Below are positions 63,491 through 64,000 of a DNA stretch of 64,000 nucleotides, in pieces (the first letter of the stretch is position 1; each line of letters starts with the position of its first letter). A program made the position numbers and the translations under genes. The notes under the pieces are model-generated. The model ran no database searches and was not told the origin of the DNA. It saw only the letters and a list, made by a program, of their open reading frames with translations. Source of the stretch: Zootoca vivipara (taxonomy: Eukaryota); NCBI RefSeq assembly GCF_963506605.1, contig NC_083277.1, positions 6,386,001 through 6,450,000 of the forward strand, read 5' to 3'.

Positions 63491-63654
63491 CAGTGGTGTC
63501 CAAACTTTTTTCAAAGAAGGCCAGATTTGATGAAGCGAAGGGGGCCGTTGAGCTTTTCTTAGGATTTTGCCCCAGGAAATAAACTGCCACAGGGGCTAGA
63601 TTAAACCGACCGGTGGGCCGAATTAGGCCCCTGAAACGACTTTGGACATGCCTG
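63491..63654. mobile_element. hAT MITE inserted in a Penelope-like remnant (about 63470-63757)
   Basis: 8-bp TSD gtctataa; flanks aaaacttagttggtc..ggtg and cagaccaacacggctac match 7440-7520. Confidence 0.8.
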
Positions 63655-63675
63655 GTCTATAAGGTGTTTCTGGAC

Positions 63676-63723
<48 letters not shown>

Positions 63724-63832
63724 GACTGCATCAGACCAACACGGCTACGTACCTGAATTTGCAGTGTGATCAGCTTGAGAAGGGACAGTCTGGTACGATA
63801 ATTCGTTCTTTCCTCTCTAAATTGTTTTTCAG

Positions 63833-64000
63833 ACCTGTAGCAGAGGATCTTCCTGCAACAGCACGAAGGCGAACAGCGTGGAAGCCCTGCTGCGAGATCC
63901 CTTTCCTGAGCGCAGTTTGGCTGAGCAGTGCCGTATTAAAGATCTCGGTCCCGACTGCCCTGACCTGTGCATTGTGCAAACCGTGCTGGAGAAAGGCAAG
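63833..64000 (+). CDS. KRAB gene 4: hAT-transposase-like (ZMYM1-like/TTF-type) exon, runs off the window
   Basis: Long pyrimidine tract + tttttcag|; phase-0 frame open for 56 codons: TCSRGSSCNSTKANSVEALLRDPFPERSLAEQCRIKDLGPDCPDLCIVQTVLEKGK. Confidence 0.72.

Noticed and set aside
63770-63979. 69-aa minus-strand ORF at the window end
   Set aside because: Antisense shadow of the + strand transposase-like exon.

Overview
Vertebrate genomic DNA, most likely a squamate and probably a lacertid lizard (Sauria SINEs, Bov-B, L2 with (TAA)n tails, tRNA-Lys/CR1-tail SINEs, many hAT and Tigger MITEs). The window is a repeat-rich zinc-finger/TRIM cluster with six gene models built by hand from splice sites and phases: (1) a decaying KRAB-C2H2 gene (+, 2927-4868); (2) a SCAN/degenerate-KRAB/4xC2H2 gene (-, 10495-15119) that keeps an extended gag-capsid-like region; (3) an intact TRIM27/RFP-like RING-B-box-coiled-coil-PRY/SPRY gene (-, 19786-31174) with an ISRE/GAS/AP-1-like promoter; (4) its tandem duplicate (-, 36465-45549), which has lost exon 1 and the promoter but keeps seven open exons and a strongly diverged PRY/SPRY; (5) a SCAN/degenerate-KRAB/7xC2H2 gene (-, 50590-56504); (6) head-to-head with it, a KRAB-A+B gene (+, from 59668). 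Gene 6 is the top finding: its zinc-finger array has decayed, and a donor inside the old finger exon joins in frame to an exon at 63833 whose translation resembles the N-terminus of a hAT (ZMYM1-like/TTF-type) transposase. It is a candidate KRAB-transposase fusion gene running off the window end. No database searches were run; family assignments come from motif recognition.
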